Below are positions 29,352 to 41,363 of a stretch of DNA of 64,000 bases, in pieces (within the stretch, counting starts at the first letter, position 1; every line of letters starts with the position of its first letter). The stretch comes from Candidatus Hydrogenedentota bacterium (GTDB taxonomy: Bacteria; Hydrogenedentota; Hydrogenedentia; Hydrogenedentales; SLHB01), in contig BTVY01000013.1 of the NCBI GenBank assembly GCA_045863335.1, positions 32,001 to 96,000 of the forward strand, given 5' to 3'. Under the pieces are notes generated by a model. That model made no database searches and was not told the origin of the DNA. It saw only the letters and a list, made by a program, of their open reading frames with translations. The position numbers were made by a program, and so were the translations under genes.

Positions 29352-30203
29352 ATGAAAGTCCATCGCGTTTGGTTTCTGGTCGCGGCGTTCCTGGTCGTGT
29401 TTTCCGTGCCGGCTGCGGCTCAGCAATTGGGCGACGCGGCCGCCGATGCCGCCACCACGGCAAGGGTCGAAACCACGTTCCTGCTGAACGAGCATCTCAA
29501 TCCGTTCAACATCAACACGACGACGAAAGACGGCGTGGTCACGTTGACGGGCAGCGTGGCGGACGAAATCCAGAAAGACCTCGCCACGGATCTCGCCAAG
29601 TCAGCCGATGGCGTGAAAGAGGTGGTCAACAACTTGACCGTAGTCGGCACCGTGGTATCGGAACGGCCCACGCGTACGTGGAGGGAACGTATCAACGATG
29701 CGACCCTGGCCGCGACGGTGCGCTCGAATCTCTTGTACAACAAGGAACTCAAGGGTCTGAAGATTGGCGTCGGCGCCGAGGACGGCGTGGTGACGCTTTT
29801 CGGGGTGGCCAATACCTACTTCGAGAAGGACCGCATCGAGCAGATCGTCATGGATACGCGCGGCGTCGACAAGGTGATTAACAACCTCACCGTACACGCG
29901 TCGCAGGACGGCACGCCTGTGGAGGTCGTGCAAAAGAAGGTGGCGGACGAGTGGGTGGAGCGGCGCGTGGCCACGGCCATCACCTTGAACCGTTACATCA
30001 CCATGCGCAATCTCAACGTCAAAGTGGTCGATGGACTTTGCATCCTAACGGGCAGCGTCGATTCGCCGAAACAACGCGAACTTGCGGAAAGCCTCGCGAT
30101 GAGTATCAGCGGCGTGGAGAAGGTCCAGAACGACATTACGATCTACGAACCTCCGGCCGCGCCGGCGCCGCCGGAGTCTACAAACGCGGAGCCCAAGCCC
30201 TAG
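29352..30203 (+). CDS. Periplasmic protein with three BON domains (OsmY-like)
   Basis: Signal peptide; three GVVTL.G / GV..V.N.L repeats. Confidence 0.9.
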   Translation: MKVHRVWFLVAAFLVVFSVPAAAQQLGDAAADAATTARVETTFLLNEHLNPFNINTTTKDGVVTLTGSVADEIQKDLATDLAKSADGVKEVVNNLTVVGTVVSERPTRTWRERINDATLAATVRSNLLYNKELKGLKIGVGAEDGVVTLFGVANTYFEKDRIEQIVMDTRGVDKVINNLTVHASQDGTPVEVVQKKVADEWVERRVATAITLNRYITMRNLNVKVVDGLCILTGSVDSPKQRELAESLAMSISGVEKVQNDITIYEPPAAPAPPESTNAEPKP

Positions 30204-30251
30204 TTTGATCGGGCGTCGGCCCAGGGCCACCACCACGGAGGGCCGCCCAGT

Positions 30252-31139
30252 ATGACCCCGGAGCGCAAGCAGACGATCGTGGTGATCGTGATCGTAACCA
30301 CCACGGTTAGTGCCATGATTTTCGCGTTCATGGCGGGTCAGGACTCCGGATTCAACCAGGCCACGGGTTCCGCCAAGCCGTTTACCACCGACAAACCGCG
30401 CGATGTGACCATGCCCATCGCCCGCAGCGAACAAGCCGATACGCCGGACTTTGAACCGGAAGATCTCGCCCGTCGCGATGCCCCCCAAAAGGAAACCAGG
30501 ATGCTGCTGATGGACAGCCGTCTTCGGGAACGGCTTGCTTCCAATGAGGGCGAGCGCCTCGCCATGGAAGCGTTCGCCCAACTCGACCCCGTGGAGGGGG
30601 TCGGCTTCCTGGTCGAGCGGCTGCCCGGAATCGCGTCCGCCGCGGAAGCGACCGCCATGTATTCCGCACTCGGAAAGCTCTACCTGCAAACGGATCCGCC
30701 CCGGGACGATCTGGCCGTGGCCAGCTTGCGGGAAGCCGCGCGTCTCGCTGAGACTGCCGAAGCGGCCCATGCAGCCGTGCTTGCCGAGATCAACGTGCTC
30801 CAGAATCAGGGGTGGACTGTGGCGGGCCCACGACTCTTGGAAGCGTACCCCGAAGGTTCGGCCGTGACCTTGTCCGGGCTCCAGTTGTCCATTCTGAAAG
30901 GCAAGTACTACGCGGATACGGGCGACAGCCAAACCGCGGAATCGGTCTACAAACGCGCCGCCGAACAAGCCCTAGAGAATCGCGAGCGCCTCGGCCCCGA
31001 CGCCGACGCCGTGTACCGGCAGATCTGCCTCGACCTCTCCCGTCTCTACCGCGACAACAACCGCGACGCCGACGCGGAGCGCGTCCTCCGTGCCATGCGC
31101 CTGCGTCTTGACGAAGACGCGCCGACAACGCTCCCGTGA
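30252..31139 (+). CDS. Membrane-anchored TPR-like hypothetical protein
   Basis: N-terminal TM; YSALGKLY and LSRLY helical repeats. Confidence 0.7.
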   Translation: MTPERKQTIVVIVIVTTTVSAMIFAFMAGQDSGFNQATGSAKPFTTDKPRDVTMPIARSEQADTPDFEPEDLARRDAPQKETRMLLMDSRLRERLASNEGERLAMEAFAQLDPVEGVGFLVERLPGIASAAEATAMYSALGKLYLQTDPPRDDLAVASLREAARLAETAEAAHAAVLAEINVLQNQGWTVAGPRLLEAYPEGSAVTLSGLQLSILKGKYYADTGDSQTAESVYKRAAEQALENRERLGPDADAVYRQICLDLSRLYRDNNRDADAERVLRAMRLRLDEDAPTTLP

Positions 31140-31232
31140 AGCACGTCGTGATCAACCTTATACTCTTCCGCCCCGTGAATCTTCTAAGATTGTCCGCATG
31201 AAATGCAGTTCCCATTCCAGGAGGGGGTCGTC

Positions 31233-33905
31233 ATGATTTCGTTTCCAAGCCTTGCTCTTGCTTTTATTGCGGCCGCGGCTGGATTGCCGTCGTGGGGTTT
31301 TGATGCGCCGGAGGATGGGGCGGCATGGGTTGCGAATGCGCACTTGGGCAATGTCGCGGTGCGCGACGGCGTCCTTGTGGCGGATGCCACAGGCTGGGAT
31401 CCCTTCTTCGTTTGCTCTGGTCTCTCGTTTCCCGCGTCGCCGTGGCAGTACGTGGTGATTCGCATGAAAGCCGACCAGTCTGGCTCGGGCGAGTTGTTCT
31501 TCACGGGGACGGAGGAAGGCGAGTACGGCGGCTTGTCGCAGGACCGGAGCCGGCGGTTTCACGTTGACGGCGACGGCGAATTTCGCGACATCTTCGTATT
31601 TCCGTTCTGGCAGGCGGAAGGCCAGATCGTGAAGCTGCGGTTGGACCTTTACGATAGCGCGCACTTTGAGATCGAATCCATTGAGGTCCGAACTTGGGGC
31701 GACGCGGAGAACCCCGTTACCGGGCAGTTCGCGTGGAACCTGGCTACCGACGGCGTGTGGCGCGTAGCCGATTCGGCGCAGGAGCGTTTCTCGCCGCCAT
31801 TGCGATTGGCGATCGAAGACCGCGGCTGGGCGACCATCGAAATCGAGTCCGAGCGCGACACGGTAGGCACGCTATTGTGGGCAGTCGAGGGCATACCGGG
31901 TCTGCAGAGCGAATCGTTTTCGATTCGCGGGGGCGATCATCCGCGTGCGTACAATTTGGAACTGTTTGGCAACAAAGCCTGGACGGGGACCTTGCTGACC
32001 ATCGGGCTGCGAATCGAGGACTCTGAAGCCGTGCCAACGACGGTGTCCATCGGGGAAGAACCGGCGGGGCCTCCCGAGCTTGCGGTAACGTATTTCGGGT
32101 TCGAAAACGGCATCAATCGCGCGGGCGCAAACTGTGAAGTGCTGCTTCGCGTCACGAATGTTGGCGGTCGAAGGCAAGGCATCCGCGGCATTCACCTGGA
32201 ACCCGGTGAAGGGCTTGAAGTGACTGCCGCACCAGAAGACTTGCACGTCGAAGGGTTGGACCACGAGGAGTACGTGGACTTCGTCTGGACCGTTCGCGCG
32301 TCCGAGCCGGGAGCACGAAGCGCGTTGGTCCACTTTGAAGGCAAGGGAAACCTGCCGGAGCCGGCGACGGCGCATCTGACGTTCTCGGAACCCTTAGGTC
32401 TGGAGGCGGCGGACTACGTGCCCGAGCCGCGGCCGGTGAAGACGTCAGTCGAAGTGGCGGCGTACTATTTCCCCGGCTGGGATTCTCCCGCGAAGTGGGA
32501 CCCCGTCCAACGCGTCGCGCCAGTTCGCAAACCGGTGCTGGGCTATTACGATGAGAGCAATCCCGAGTGCGTGGACTGGCAAATCAAGTGGGCGGTGGAG
32601 AATGGCATTTCCGTGTTCCTTGTCGACTGGTACTGGGTCAAGGGGAACCAACACCTGACGCACTGGTTCGAGGCGTACAAGAAATCGCGCTACCGCGACT
32701 ATCTGAAGGTCGCCATCATGTGGGCGAACCACAATCCGCCGGATACCCACTCGCGGGAAGACTGGCGCAACGTGACGCAGGAGTGGATCGACCAGTACTT
32801 CGGCATGGAGAGCTACTACCGCATCGACGGCAAACCCGCCCTCTTCCTGTGGGACCCGCGGAACCTGCGTAACGATCTCGGCGGGTCCGAAGGCGCCAAG
32901 GCCGCCCTGGACGATTCGCAACAGATGGCGCGGGACGCGGGATACGAGGGCATCGAGTTTGTAGCGGTGAACACCGCGGAGTCACCTGCCTACGTCGAGT
33001 TGCTCGCCGCGGAGGGTTATGCAGGCGCCACCAACTATCACGAATGGGGCAAGGCGACGGACTCCATGCTGCGCCCACAGCGCGCCCGATTTGAAGACGT
33101 GGTGGCTTCGGCGCCGGAGGCTTGGGCGCGGCGCAACGAAATGTGCAAACCCCTCACCTACTATCCTCTCGTGGATACCGGTTGGGATTCCCGGCCCTGG
33201 CATGGCGACAACTCGCTGGCAATCGAGGGACGCACCCCCGCGCTGTTCGAGCAGTTGTTGCGAGAGGCAAAAACGTTCTGCGCGGCGAACGGTAAGTCGG
33301 TCGTGATCCTCGGTCCCGTCAACGAATGGGGTGAGGGCAGTTATATTGAGCCCTGCACCGAATACGGATTCGCCATGCTCGAAGCCGTGCGCAATGTCTT
33401 TGCCGAAGGCGACCCCGCGTCGTGGCCGGTAAACGTCGCGCCCGGCGACGTAGGGCGCGGGCCCTACGACTATCCGCCGTTTGAACCCGTTACGGCATGG
33501 GACTTCGAAGAAGGGCCGGGGGAATGGCGGGCCATGATGGATGTGGGCGCGTTCCGCGCAGAGGACGGCGCCATCCGGCTGAAGACACTTGGCCGCGATC
33601 CCGCGATCGTCGTCCCCCTAACCGGGGTGCGGGCGTCCGCCTTCGAAGCGGCGGAAGTGACGATGCAGATCACCGGCGATTTGCCGCCTGCGATGCATGC
33701 CCAGCTCTTCTGGTCCCGGGGCGGCAATGGGACTAGCGAGTCGGCCAGCGTGGTGGTTCCGCTCCAGACCGACGGCGCCATGCACAGGTATACCTTCGAT
33801 CTGAGCGCGAATCCCCGTTGGCGCGGGCCGATTACCATGCTGCGGTTCGATCCCTGCGATGCGGCGGATGTGGACATCGCGATCGATTCCTTCCAGTTGC
33901 GCTGA
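31233..33905 (+). CDS. Glycoside hydrolase family 99-like (WbsX-type) protein with CBM-like modules
   Basis: AAYYFPGW, PVLGYYDE, WQIKWA..GI..F..DWYW, GWDSRPW, NEWGEGSYIEP. Confidence 0.85.
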   Translation: MISFPSLALAFIAAAAGLPSWGFDAPEDGAAWVANAHLGNVAVRDGVLVADATGWDPFFVCSGLSFPASPWQYVVIRMKADQSGSGELFFTGTEEGEYGGLSQDRSRRFHVDGDGEFRDIFVFPFWQAEGQIVKLRLDLYDSAHFEIESIEVRTWGDAENPVTGQFAWNLATDGVWRVADSAQERFSPPLRLAIEDRGWATIEIESERDTVGTLLWAVEGIPGLQSESFSIRGGDHPRAYNLELFGNKAWTGTLLTIGLRIEDSEAVPTTVSIGEEPAGPPELAVTYFGFENGINRAGANCEVLLRVTNVGGRRQGIRGIHLEPGEGLEVTAAPEDLHVEGLDHEEYVDFVWTVRASEPGARSALVHFEGKGNLPEPATAHLTFSEPLGLEAADYVPEPRPVKTSVEVAAYYFPGWDSPAKWDPVQRVAPVRKPVLGYYDESNPECVDWQIKWAVENGISVFLVDWYWVKGNQHLTHWFEAYKKSRYRDYLKVAIMWANHNPPDTHSREDWRNVTQEWIDQYFGMESYYRIDGKPALFLWDPRNLRNDLGGSEGAKAALDDSQQMARDAGYEGIEFVAVNTAESPAYVELLAAEGYAGATNYHEWGKATDSMLRPQRARFEDVVASAPEAWARRNEMCKPLTYYPLVDTGWDSRPWHGDNSLAIEGRTPALFEQLLREAKTFCAANGKSVVILGPVNEWGEGSYIEPCTEYGFAMLEAVRNVFAEGDPASWPVNVAPGDVGRGPYDYPPFEPVTAWDFEEGPGEWRAMMDVGAFRAEDGAIRLKTLGRDPAIVVPLTGVRASAFEAAEVTMQITGDLPPAMHAQLFWSRGGNGTSESASVVVPLQTDGAMHRYTFDLSANPRWRGPITMLRFDPCDAADVDIAIDSFQLR

Positions 33906-34139
33906 GACTATGGCACTGATGTCGGATGCCGGCTACTTCCATCGCGACTCCGCCCGTGGAATGCGAATCGAATCTCGCGGTGGGTTCCTCAGGCCGGACA
34001 GAAGGCACGCGCAGTGGTTGCATCATGTGGTCAGAAGAAGGCATTTTCATCTGGTCGAATGCGAGTGGGCTGAACGTTGGCTGGACGCAAACGAGACGGC
34101 CAACAGGCACGAGGAGGTAGCGAGACTATTGCGGGGAAC

Positions 34140-36443
34140 ATGGCGCTGAGTAATCGAAGCAGGGGAGACGCGCTCGCGGTCTGCGGTATCGTTGGGCTCG
34201 GTATCGCCATGTTCGCCGATGTGTTCGTGCGTCCGGGAACGCTGGCGACGTTTACCAAGTCGGACGTGCTCGAATACTTCGGGCCCCTTCGGCACTACGC
34301 GTACGGGGAACTTGCGAACGGCAACTTTCCCTTGTGGAATCCCCATATCCTCGCTGGGACCCCGTGCTTCGGGGCGTTTCAGGCGGGGTTGCTCTATCCG
34401 TTTAACGCCATCTATCTCATCTTCCCGTTTACCACGGCCATCAACCTGGATCTGTGGTTTCACGTCACCTTGATGGGGCTCACGATGTACGCGTGGGCGC
34501 GCCACACGCTATCGCCGTTGCCCGCCTTCTATGCCGCGGCCGTGCCCATGCTGGGGCCTTTCTTTCTGCACGTCATGTGCGGTCATCTGCCCATGCTCGC
34601 ATGCCTGGCCTGGACGCCTCTTCTTTTCCTCGCGTACGACAAGCTGCGCGACGGTGGCGGGTTCGGCTGGTTTCTCTTGGGCACGTTTTCGGCCGCGCTT
34701 CAAGCGGTAGCCGGTTGGCCACAAGGCTTGATGATGGTGGTCATCGTTTTCGCCCTGTATTGGGTGTTGACCATCTGGTCGTCCAGGCACCCAATCCGCG
34801 TGAGCGCCTCCATGGCCGCTATGGCGCTCTTTGCCGGCGCCATGGCCACGGCCCAATTGTGGACGGGTATGGAAACCAGCGCAGAAAGCGTGCGGGGCGG
34901 AGGGTTGCCCTACGCGTACGCCATGGGCTTCAGCCTGCCCCGGGAGAATCTCCTGACCTACCTGGCACCCACCGTTTTCGGCAACGATCATCATGTGCCC
35001 TATTTCGTGTGGAACCATTTCTGGGAGTCGTGCGCGTTCATCGGCATTACCACGCTGGTTCTGGCCATCATCGGCGCCCTCTGCGGGCCGGGAAAACGGG
35101 TCCGCGTGCTGGCGCCGATCCTGCTCGCGCTGCTGGTGCTGGCCCTGGGCGGCTCCTCGCCGGTCCACCGGGTTCTGTACGACTGGATACCGGGATTCGA
35201 TCAATTGCGCGCCATGGGCCGGTTCACCATCTACTTCTCCATGTTCGCCGCCCTGCTGGCCGGAGAGGGGTTCGCCGTGCTCCTTGCCGGGGGAAAAGAT
35301 TATCTCCGCTCGATCGCGGGTGGCCTCGCCGCGTTGGCAGTCGTGCTCCTCGTCGCGTCGCTGATTGCCATCCTGCCGTATAGCGCGTTGCCGCAAGTGA
35401 ATGGACTGCTGGCCATCCGTAACGCCGTTGTCGAGAACTGGCCGACCCGGTTTCCAGAAAGCGTGCATCAAGTCTACTTCGCGGCTGGTTCGTTACTCGT
35501 CGCTGCCGGGACCTGCATGATCCTCGCGCTGCTGTTCACCTGCGCGCGCAAACGGTCCAGTGTCGTCCTGATGATCTTTGCCCTGGGAATCGTCGAAGTG
35601 AGTGTCTTCGCACGCATTCACCGCGGCGCCGCAACGTTTGAACAAATGGATGGTCCCACGGCGGCGGCGGTATACGCAGGTGATCCCGGCGAGCACCGTG
35701 TGCTCATGCGGGACGAGTACAACGCGCCCTTGACCGCGCGGGGTTACGGCGTGTGGGGCTACGATGCCCTCGTCCTCGATCGCTACGCGCAGTTTTTTGG
35801 CCACACGGTAGACTACTCGAAGCGGGTCGTCGACACGCACCTCCCACGCATTCGCTACCAACCGCTCCACCGCATGCTCCGCTGCAAGTATCTGATCTCG
35901 CCGAACGCATCCCAAAAGGGGGTGCGGATAGTGGGCGATCCGATGCCGCGCTTTCTCATCGTGCGCGACGTACAGGTGATGCGCGGGAAGAAGCGCATTT
36001 TCGCGGCGATGGACGATCCGGCATTCGATCCGGCACAGACCGTCGTTCTGGAGCAGAAGCCCATGCCCGCACCGGAGCCCGGATCGGGTGTAGACGAGGT
36101 TCGCGTTCTGAGCGGCGATTCGGATCACACTGTTCTGGAGGCCTCGCTCCAAACGCCGGGTATTCTGCTCGTGACGGATGCGTATGCGAAGAGTTGGCGC
36201 GCGCGTTCACTCGAAGCGGATCCGCCGCAGACACAGTACGAAGTGTTGCCGGCGAACTACGCGCTGCGCGCGGTGCCGCTCGCGGCCGGTGAGCACCGGA
36301 TCGTCATGGAATACGCGCCGCCAGGGTATGTGTACGGTCGATGGATTTCCCTGGTGGCGACGACGGCGTATCTCGTCGCTGCCTTGATGTGGCTCATTCG
36401 ATTCCGCGCGAGGCGGCGTGAACCCGGTACAAACCTCGATTGA
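34140..36443 (+). CDS. YfhO-family multi-TM (GT-C-like) membrane protein
   Basis: PLWNP...G.P, LLYP; many TMs; C-terminal LLVTDAY..WRA...ANYALRAVPL..GEH. Confidence 0.85.
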   Translation: MALSNRSRGDALAVCGIVGLGIAMFADVFVRPGTLATFTKSDVLEYFGPLRHYAYGELANGNFPLWNPHILAGTPCFGAFQAGLLYPFNAIYLIFPFTTAINLDLWFHVTLMGLTMYAWARHTLSPLPAFYAAAVPMLGPFFLHVMCGHLPMLACLAWTPLLFLAYDKLRDGGGFGWFLLGTFSAALQAVAGWPQGLMMVVIVFALYWVLTIWSSRHPIRVSASMAAMALFAGAMATAQLWTGMETSAESVRGGGLPYAYAMGFSLPRENLLTYLAPTVFGNDHHVPYFVWNHFWESCAFIGITTLVLAIIGALCGPGKRVRVLAPILLALLVLALGGSSPVHRVLYDWIPGFDQLRAMGRFTIYFSMFAALLAGEGFAVLLAGGKDYLRSIAGGLAALAVVLLVASLIAILPYSALPQVNGLLAIRNAVVENWPTRFPESVHQVYFAAGSLLVAAGTCMILALLFTCARKRSSVVLMIFALGIVEVSVFARIHRGAATFEQMDGPTAAAVYAGDPGEHRVLMRDEYNAPLTARGYGVWGYDALVLDRYAQFFGHTVDYSKRVVDTHLPRIRYQPLHRMLRCKYLISPNASQKGVRIVGDPMPRFLIVRDVQVMRGKKRIFAAMDDPAFDPAQTVVLEQKPMPAPEPGSGVDEVRVLSGDSDHTVLEASLQTPGILLVTDAYAKSWRARSLEADPPQTQYEVLPANYALRAVPLAAGEHRIVMEYAPPGYVYGRWISLVATTAYLVAALMWLIRFRARRREPGTNLD

Positions 36444-36471
36444 GCGCGTTCGGTCCGCTTGAAACCAGGTA

Positions 36472-39270
36472 CTATTCCGTAAACGCGCGATGCTCTCCGC
36501 CGCCCGCTGCCCGGTATGCTGCGTAGGCTTGCGCCGCCTCCTCTGCATTGCCTTCCGCAGCCAGAAGATCGCTTCGAATCAGGTGAAGCTCCGCGGTCTC
36601 TTCCAGGTACGGGGCCACGCGCTCGTAGTAGGCGCGCGCGTCCGCAAGCTCATCCCATCGTATGAACAGCGTCATGCGCTGATCGGCGATGTCCTTAAGA
36701 TAGGAAAGCGCCATGTAGTCGTGGGGATCGATGTCGAGCGCGCGCATGAAAATGTCGTCCGGGTTCCCCCCAGCCATCGATCCATAGAGCGTGATAACTC
36801 CTTCCAACGCGACCGAGTGGGAAGCATGGCGCTGATTCAGTCGCGCCGTCGCGACTTCGATGGCCGCATCGTCCACTCCCGCAAAAGACATCATGGTCAA
36901 AGGGCTTTCGTAGTGAGGTTGTAGCGCCCGCAGGCTGTCTGCTACGGTGGATTCATAGATTAGCCGCGGCGCGATGAACTCCGCCCAAGGACGGTCGTCC
37001 ACCATGATCCCGCCGCCTTCGGCGAAGGCCTCCATGCCGTCTTGAGTCATGAAGAAACAGCAGAGCAGTTCGGTAAGATCGCCGATACCCACGTCCTGCA
37101 AGCGGGGACCGATGGCCGGATCCTCGAACGTCGCTTTCGCGTTAGCGTAGTCAACCCTCAATGGTTCGTTGGACGCGATAACAAACAGGTCGGAGTTGAT
37201 AAACCAAACGCAATAGTGGGGAAACACGCTCCGTATCGTGTGTACCAGCGAACGTACGACGTCGAGATTCAGGCTGTGCAGGGGGACCCATTGGGAGACG
37301 AGCCCGCCCGGACTGAGATGCTCAAGGCACTCCTCGTAGAATTCCCGCGTGTAAAAGGTGGACACCCCGGCGACGGCAAGGGGCATCGGTTCGAAGGTGA
37401 TCAGGTCGTACCGGTTTTCCGTCGTGAGCAGGAAATTGCGCCCGTCGTCGACGATGAAATTCAGCTTGGGGTTGTCCAACACGTCCAGATTGTCCGCCGC
37501 AAAGAACGGCGCTGCGTGGAGGACGTCTTCCGCGATCTCGACTGCGTCAATACGCTCGAAATCAGAGAGCCCGAGCGTACCCGCCGTGACGCCCGAACCG
37601 AAGCACATGAACAGGGCTTCCTTCGGCTGTCGATCGAAGAGAAGCGGCAGAACGCCCTGGAACCGGTTCATCTTCACGCCTTTTTCGATTGATTGCGTCG
37701 CCTGTACGGAGTTGATCCAAAGCACTCGGTCTGACTCTGTCAGGTTGTTCTCGGGTTCCGATACGACGACCGTGCCTTCGACGCCTTCTTTGTAATGGAT
37801 GACGCGATGGTCCTCGGGGATGTAGCGTTTGTTGAGCGCATAGGCCGCGTCATCCGGCATGGTGCGCCATGTGGCCGCGATGCCTCCCGCACCGAAAAGC
37901 AGCAACAGGAGCTTGACGAACCAGGGCCGCGTCGGACACGCGAGGATGAGCATCACGCCCGTGGCGGCAAGCACCAGGCCCAACGCCACGATGCCGTCGT
38001 GCGCGCCGAGACGGGGCAACACGAAGTAACCACCCGCCAACGCGCCAAGGACTCCCGCGAAGGTATTCAGCGCATAGAGCCGGCCCACGTCGCGTCCGAG
38101 ACGGGATGGAATCTGGGCGACCGCCCGGACGGCGAATGGAAACGCCACGCCGAAGAAGAAGGTCGGAACGAAGAGCACGGAGAAGGACAGGATGAACTGG
38201 ATTTCGGTGACGCGGTCGAAGTTGTAGCCGCCGGTTGTCGCCAACTCTTTGAAGCGTTCCGGCATGCGGGCAAAGGCCGTCAGCATGGCGAGGCAGGCGA
38301 TCCCCGCGATGACCTGGATGGCGCCGAACCACGAGACGGGGTGGCGCCGCCGATCCGCAAACCAGGACGCCACAAAACTCCCGGATGCAATGCCGCAAAG
38401 CAACGACGTGAGCATGGTGGTGTAGGCATAGGTGGTGCCGGTAAAGACGATGGTGAGCATGCGGGTCCACAACACTTCCAGAGCCAGCGCGCAGAAACCC
38501 GACAAGCCGAAGGCCAGGAACACGGCGGCGATGGCGAGCGTGTGCGATTTCTCCGCGGATTCGGCCGCTGCCTCATCCGGCTTCTCTTCCGCGTCCGCCA
38601 GGTTGATCAAAAAACGATTCGCGATCGCGATCGCGACGATACCGACCGCCACGTTGGCTACGGCGCCGATGAGGGTGGTCCGCGTGTAGCCGAAGTGTTC
38701 AATGAAGTAGAAACCCGTGACGAAGCATCCTGTCACGGCGCCGAAGGTGTTCACGCCGTAGAGCAGTCCCACACGACGGCCTTTCCCATCGTCTTTGCGC
38801 ACGACGGCCTTCGCCAGGAGCGGTAGCGTGGTCCCCATCAAGGTCACCGGCACAATGAGGAACGCCGCGGCCAGGAGTCCGCGCAGCGCTATGCCGAGTT
38901 CCCGCGAAGAGGACGACATCTGCAGAATGGCGACAACGAGGGACTCGCCCCAGCCGATGAACAGGATGAACAGCAACGCCCAGACGCCGATTGCGATCTC
39001 GAAAACGCCGTACCAGAGGAGCGGCCGCCGCGCGCGGTCCGCGATGCGCCCGCCCCACACGCTGCCGATGCCCAGGCCGAGGAAGAAGATGGACAGGACC
39101 GTGCTGACTGCGTACGACGTGGTGCCCAAGAGCAACACCAGACTGCGGGTCCACACGACCTGGTAGAGCAAACCACAGGCGCCCGACACCAAGAAGAACA
39201 GCAATACGGCGAGGAACAACGATAGACTGGCATAGCGCGAAGGGCGCGATAGCGGATTGGTGGAACTCAT
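36472..39270 (-). CDS. Fused MFS/spermidine synthase-like protein
   Basis: SGACGLLYQVVWTR, LYGVNTFGAV.G and LYALNTF repeats; FGSGVT, DAVEI, DDGRNFL, DDRP. Confidence 0.9.
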   Translation of the reverse strand: MSSTNPLSRPSRYASLSLFLAVLLFFLVSGACGLLYQVVWTRSLVLLLGTTSYAVSTVLSIFFLGLGIGSVWGGRIADRARRPLLWYGVFEIAIGVWALLFILFIGWGESLVVAILQMSSSSRELGIALRGLLAAAFLIVPVTLMGTTLPLLAKAVVRKDDGKGRRVGLLYGVNTFGAVTGCFVTGFYFIEHFGYTRTTLIGAVANVAVGIVAIAIANRFLINLADAEEKPDEAAAESAEKSHTLAIAAVFLAFGLSGFCALALEVLWTRMLTIVFTGTTYAYTTMLTSLLCGIASGSFVASWFADRRRHPVSWFGAIQVIAGIACLAMLTAFARMPERFKELATTGGYNFDRVTEIQFILSFSVLFVPTFFFGVAFPFAVRAVAQIPSRLGRDVGRLYALNTFAGVLGALAGGYFVLPRLGAHDGIVALGLVLAATGVMLILACPTRPWFVKLLLLLFGAGGIAATWRTMPDDAAYALNKRYIPEDHRVIHYKEGVEGTVVVSEPENNLTESDRVLWINSVQATQSIEKGVKMNRFQGVLPLLFDRQPKEALFMCFGSGVTAGTLGLSDFERIDAVEIAEDVLHAAPFFAADNLDVLDNPKLNFIVDDGRNFLLTTENRYDLITFEPMPLAVAGVSTFYTREFYEECLEHLSPGGLVSQWVPLHSLNLDVVRSLVHTIRSVFPHYCVWFINSDLFVIASNEPLRVDYANAKATFEDPAIGPRLQDVGIGDLTELLCCFFMTQDGMEAFAEGGGIMVDDRPWAEFIAPRLIYESTVADSLRALQPHYESPLTMMSFAGVDDAAIEVATARLNQRHASHSVALEGVITLYGSMAGGNPDDIFMRALDIDPHDYMALSYLKDIADQRMTLFIRWDELADARAYYERVAPYLEETAELHLIRSDLLAAEGNAEEAAQAYAAYRAAGGGEHRAFTE

Positions 39271-39390
39271 CAGATTACCCGGATGCCTTTCCTGGACTGC
39301 TTACGCGTATTCACGACCCCGGCAAGCGCGGGTCGCCCTGCGAGGAAGGCAAAGGATAACCGGGGTGCTGCACGCCGGGTCAAGGCGCCG

Positions 39391-39420
39391 ATGGTAGCGC
39401 AGAACTGCGGATTCTGTCAA
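39391..39420 (-). promoter_or_regulatory. Putative promoter of the MFS/spermidine synthase gene
   Basis: Minus strand TTGACA-18 nt-TACCAT. Confidence 0.55.
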
Positions 39421-39591
39421 AGAACAGACGTGGACCGGATGCCGCACCGCCAATATCACCTCGCTTAGAAGGCCCACGTTTAGATCCACGATGCGGACGG
39501 GTTGCGGCGTCCCCCTTGCGGGCGCTACCATGCTTGACGGCTGCGCCGTGCCGGGCGCATCGCAACCTGCGGAAAGAGGGAGTTCCGGACC

Positions 39592-41010
<1,419 letters not shown>

Positions 41011-41028
41011 TCGTGGCGCTGCGCGCTT

Positions 41029-41307
41029 AAATTCGAAATTCGAATCTCGAAATCCGAAACAAATTCAAAATAGAAATGACCAAAACGATGGGAAGACAGA
41101 TGTAATCGCGTTAAGGCTCTCGGTGAATAGCACCATCAACCGTCATTCCCACCCCCTTGGCGTGGGAATCCATCTACTGTTCGAAGGCGGCATTGAAACA
41201 GTGAAGATGGACCCCCGCTTTCGCGAGGGTGACGGGGAGAAGTGCTCCGGTTTTGATATTTGAACCTTAGAATTTGTTTCGGATTTCGAGATTCGAATTT
41301 TAAATTT
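41029..41307. repeat. Long inverted repeat of AT-rich heptamer units (MITE-like)
   Basis: 38-bp arms at 41029-41066 and 41270-41307 are reverse complements with 2 mismatches. Confidence 0.85.
41140..41235. repeat. GTCATTCCC...GGGAATCC / GGACCCCC...GGGTGAC palindromic REP-like element nested in the inverted repeat
   Basis: Two hairpin halves with CCGTCA / TGACGG complementary ends. Confidence 0.7.
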
Positions 41308-41363
41308 GTCCTTACACGACGGCTTCTTTCGTGGAAGCGCGGAACGATTAGGAGGAGATTCAC

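Noticed and set aside
33906-34139. Possible ncRNA in the GH99-YfhO intergenic region
   Set aside because: No convincing stem, promoter or known motif seen.
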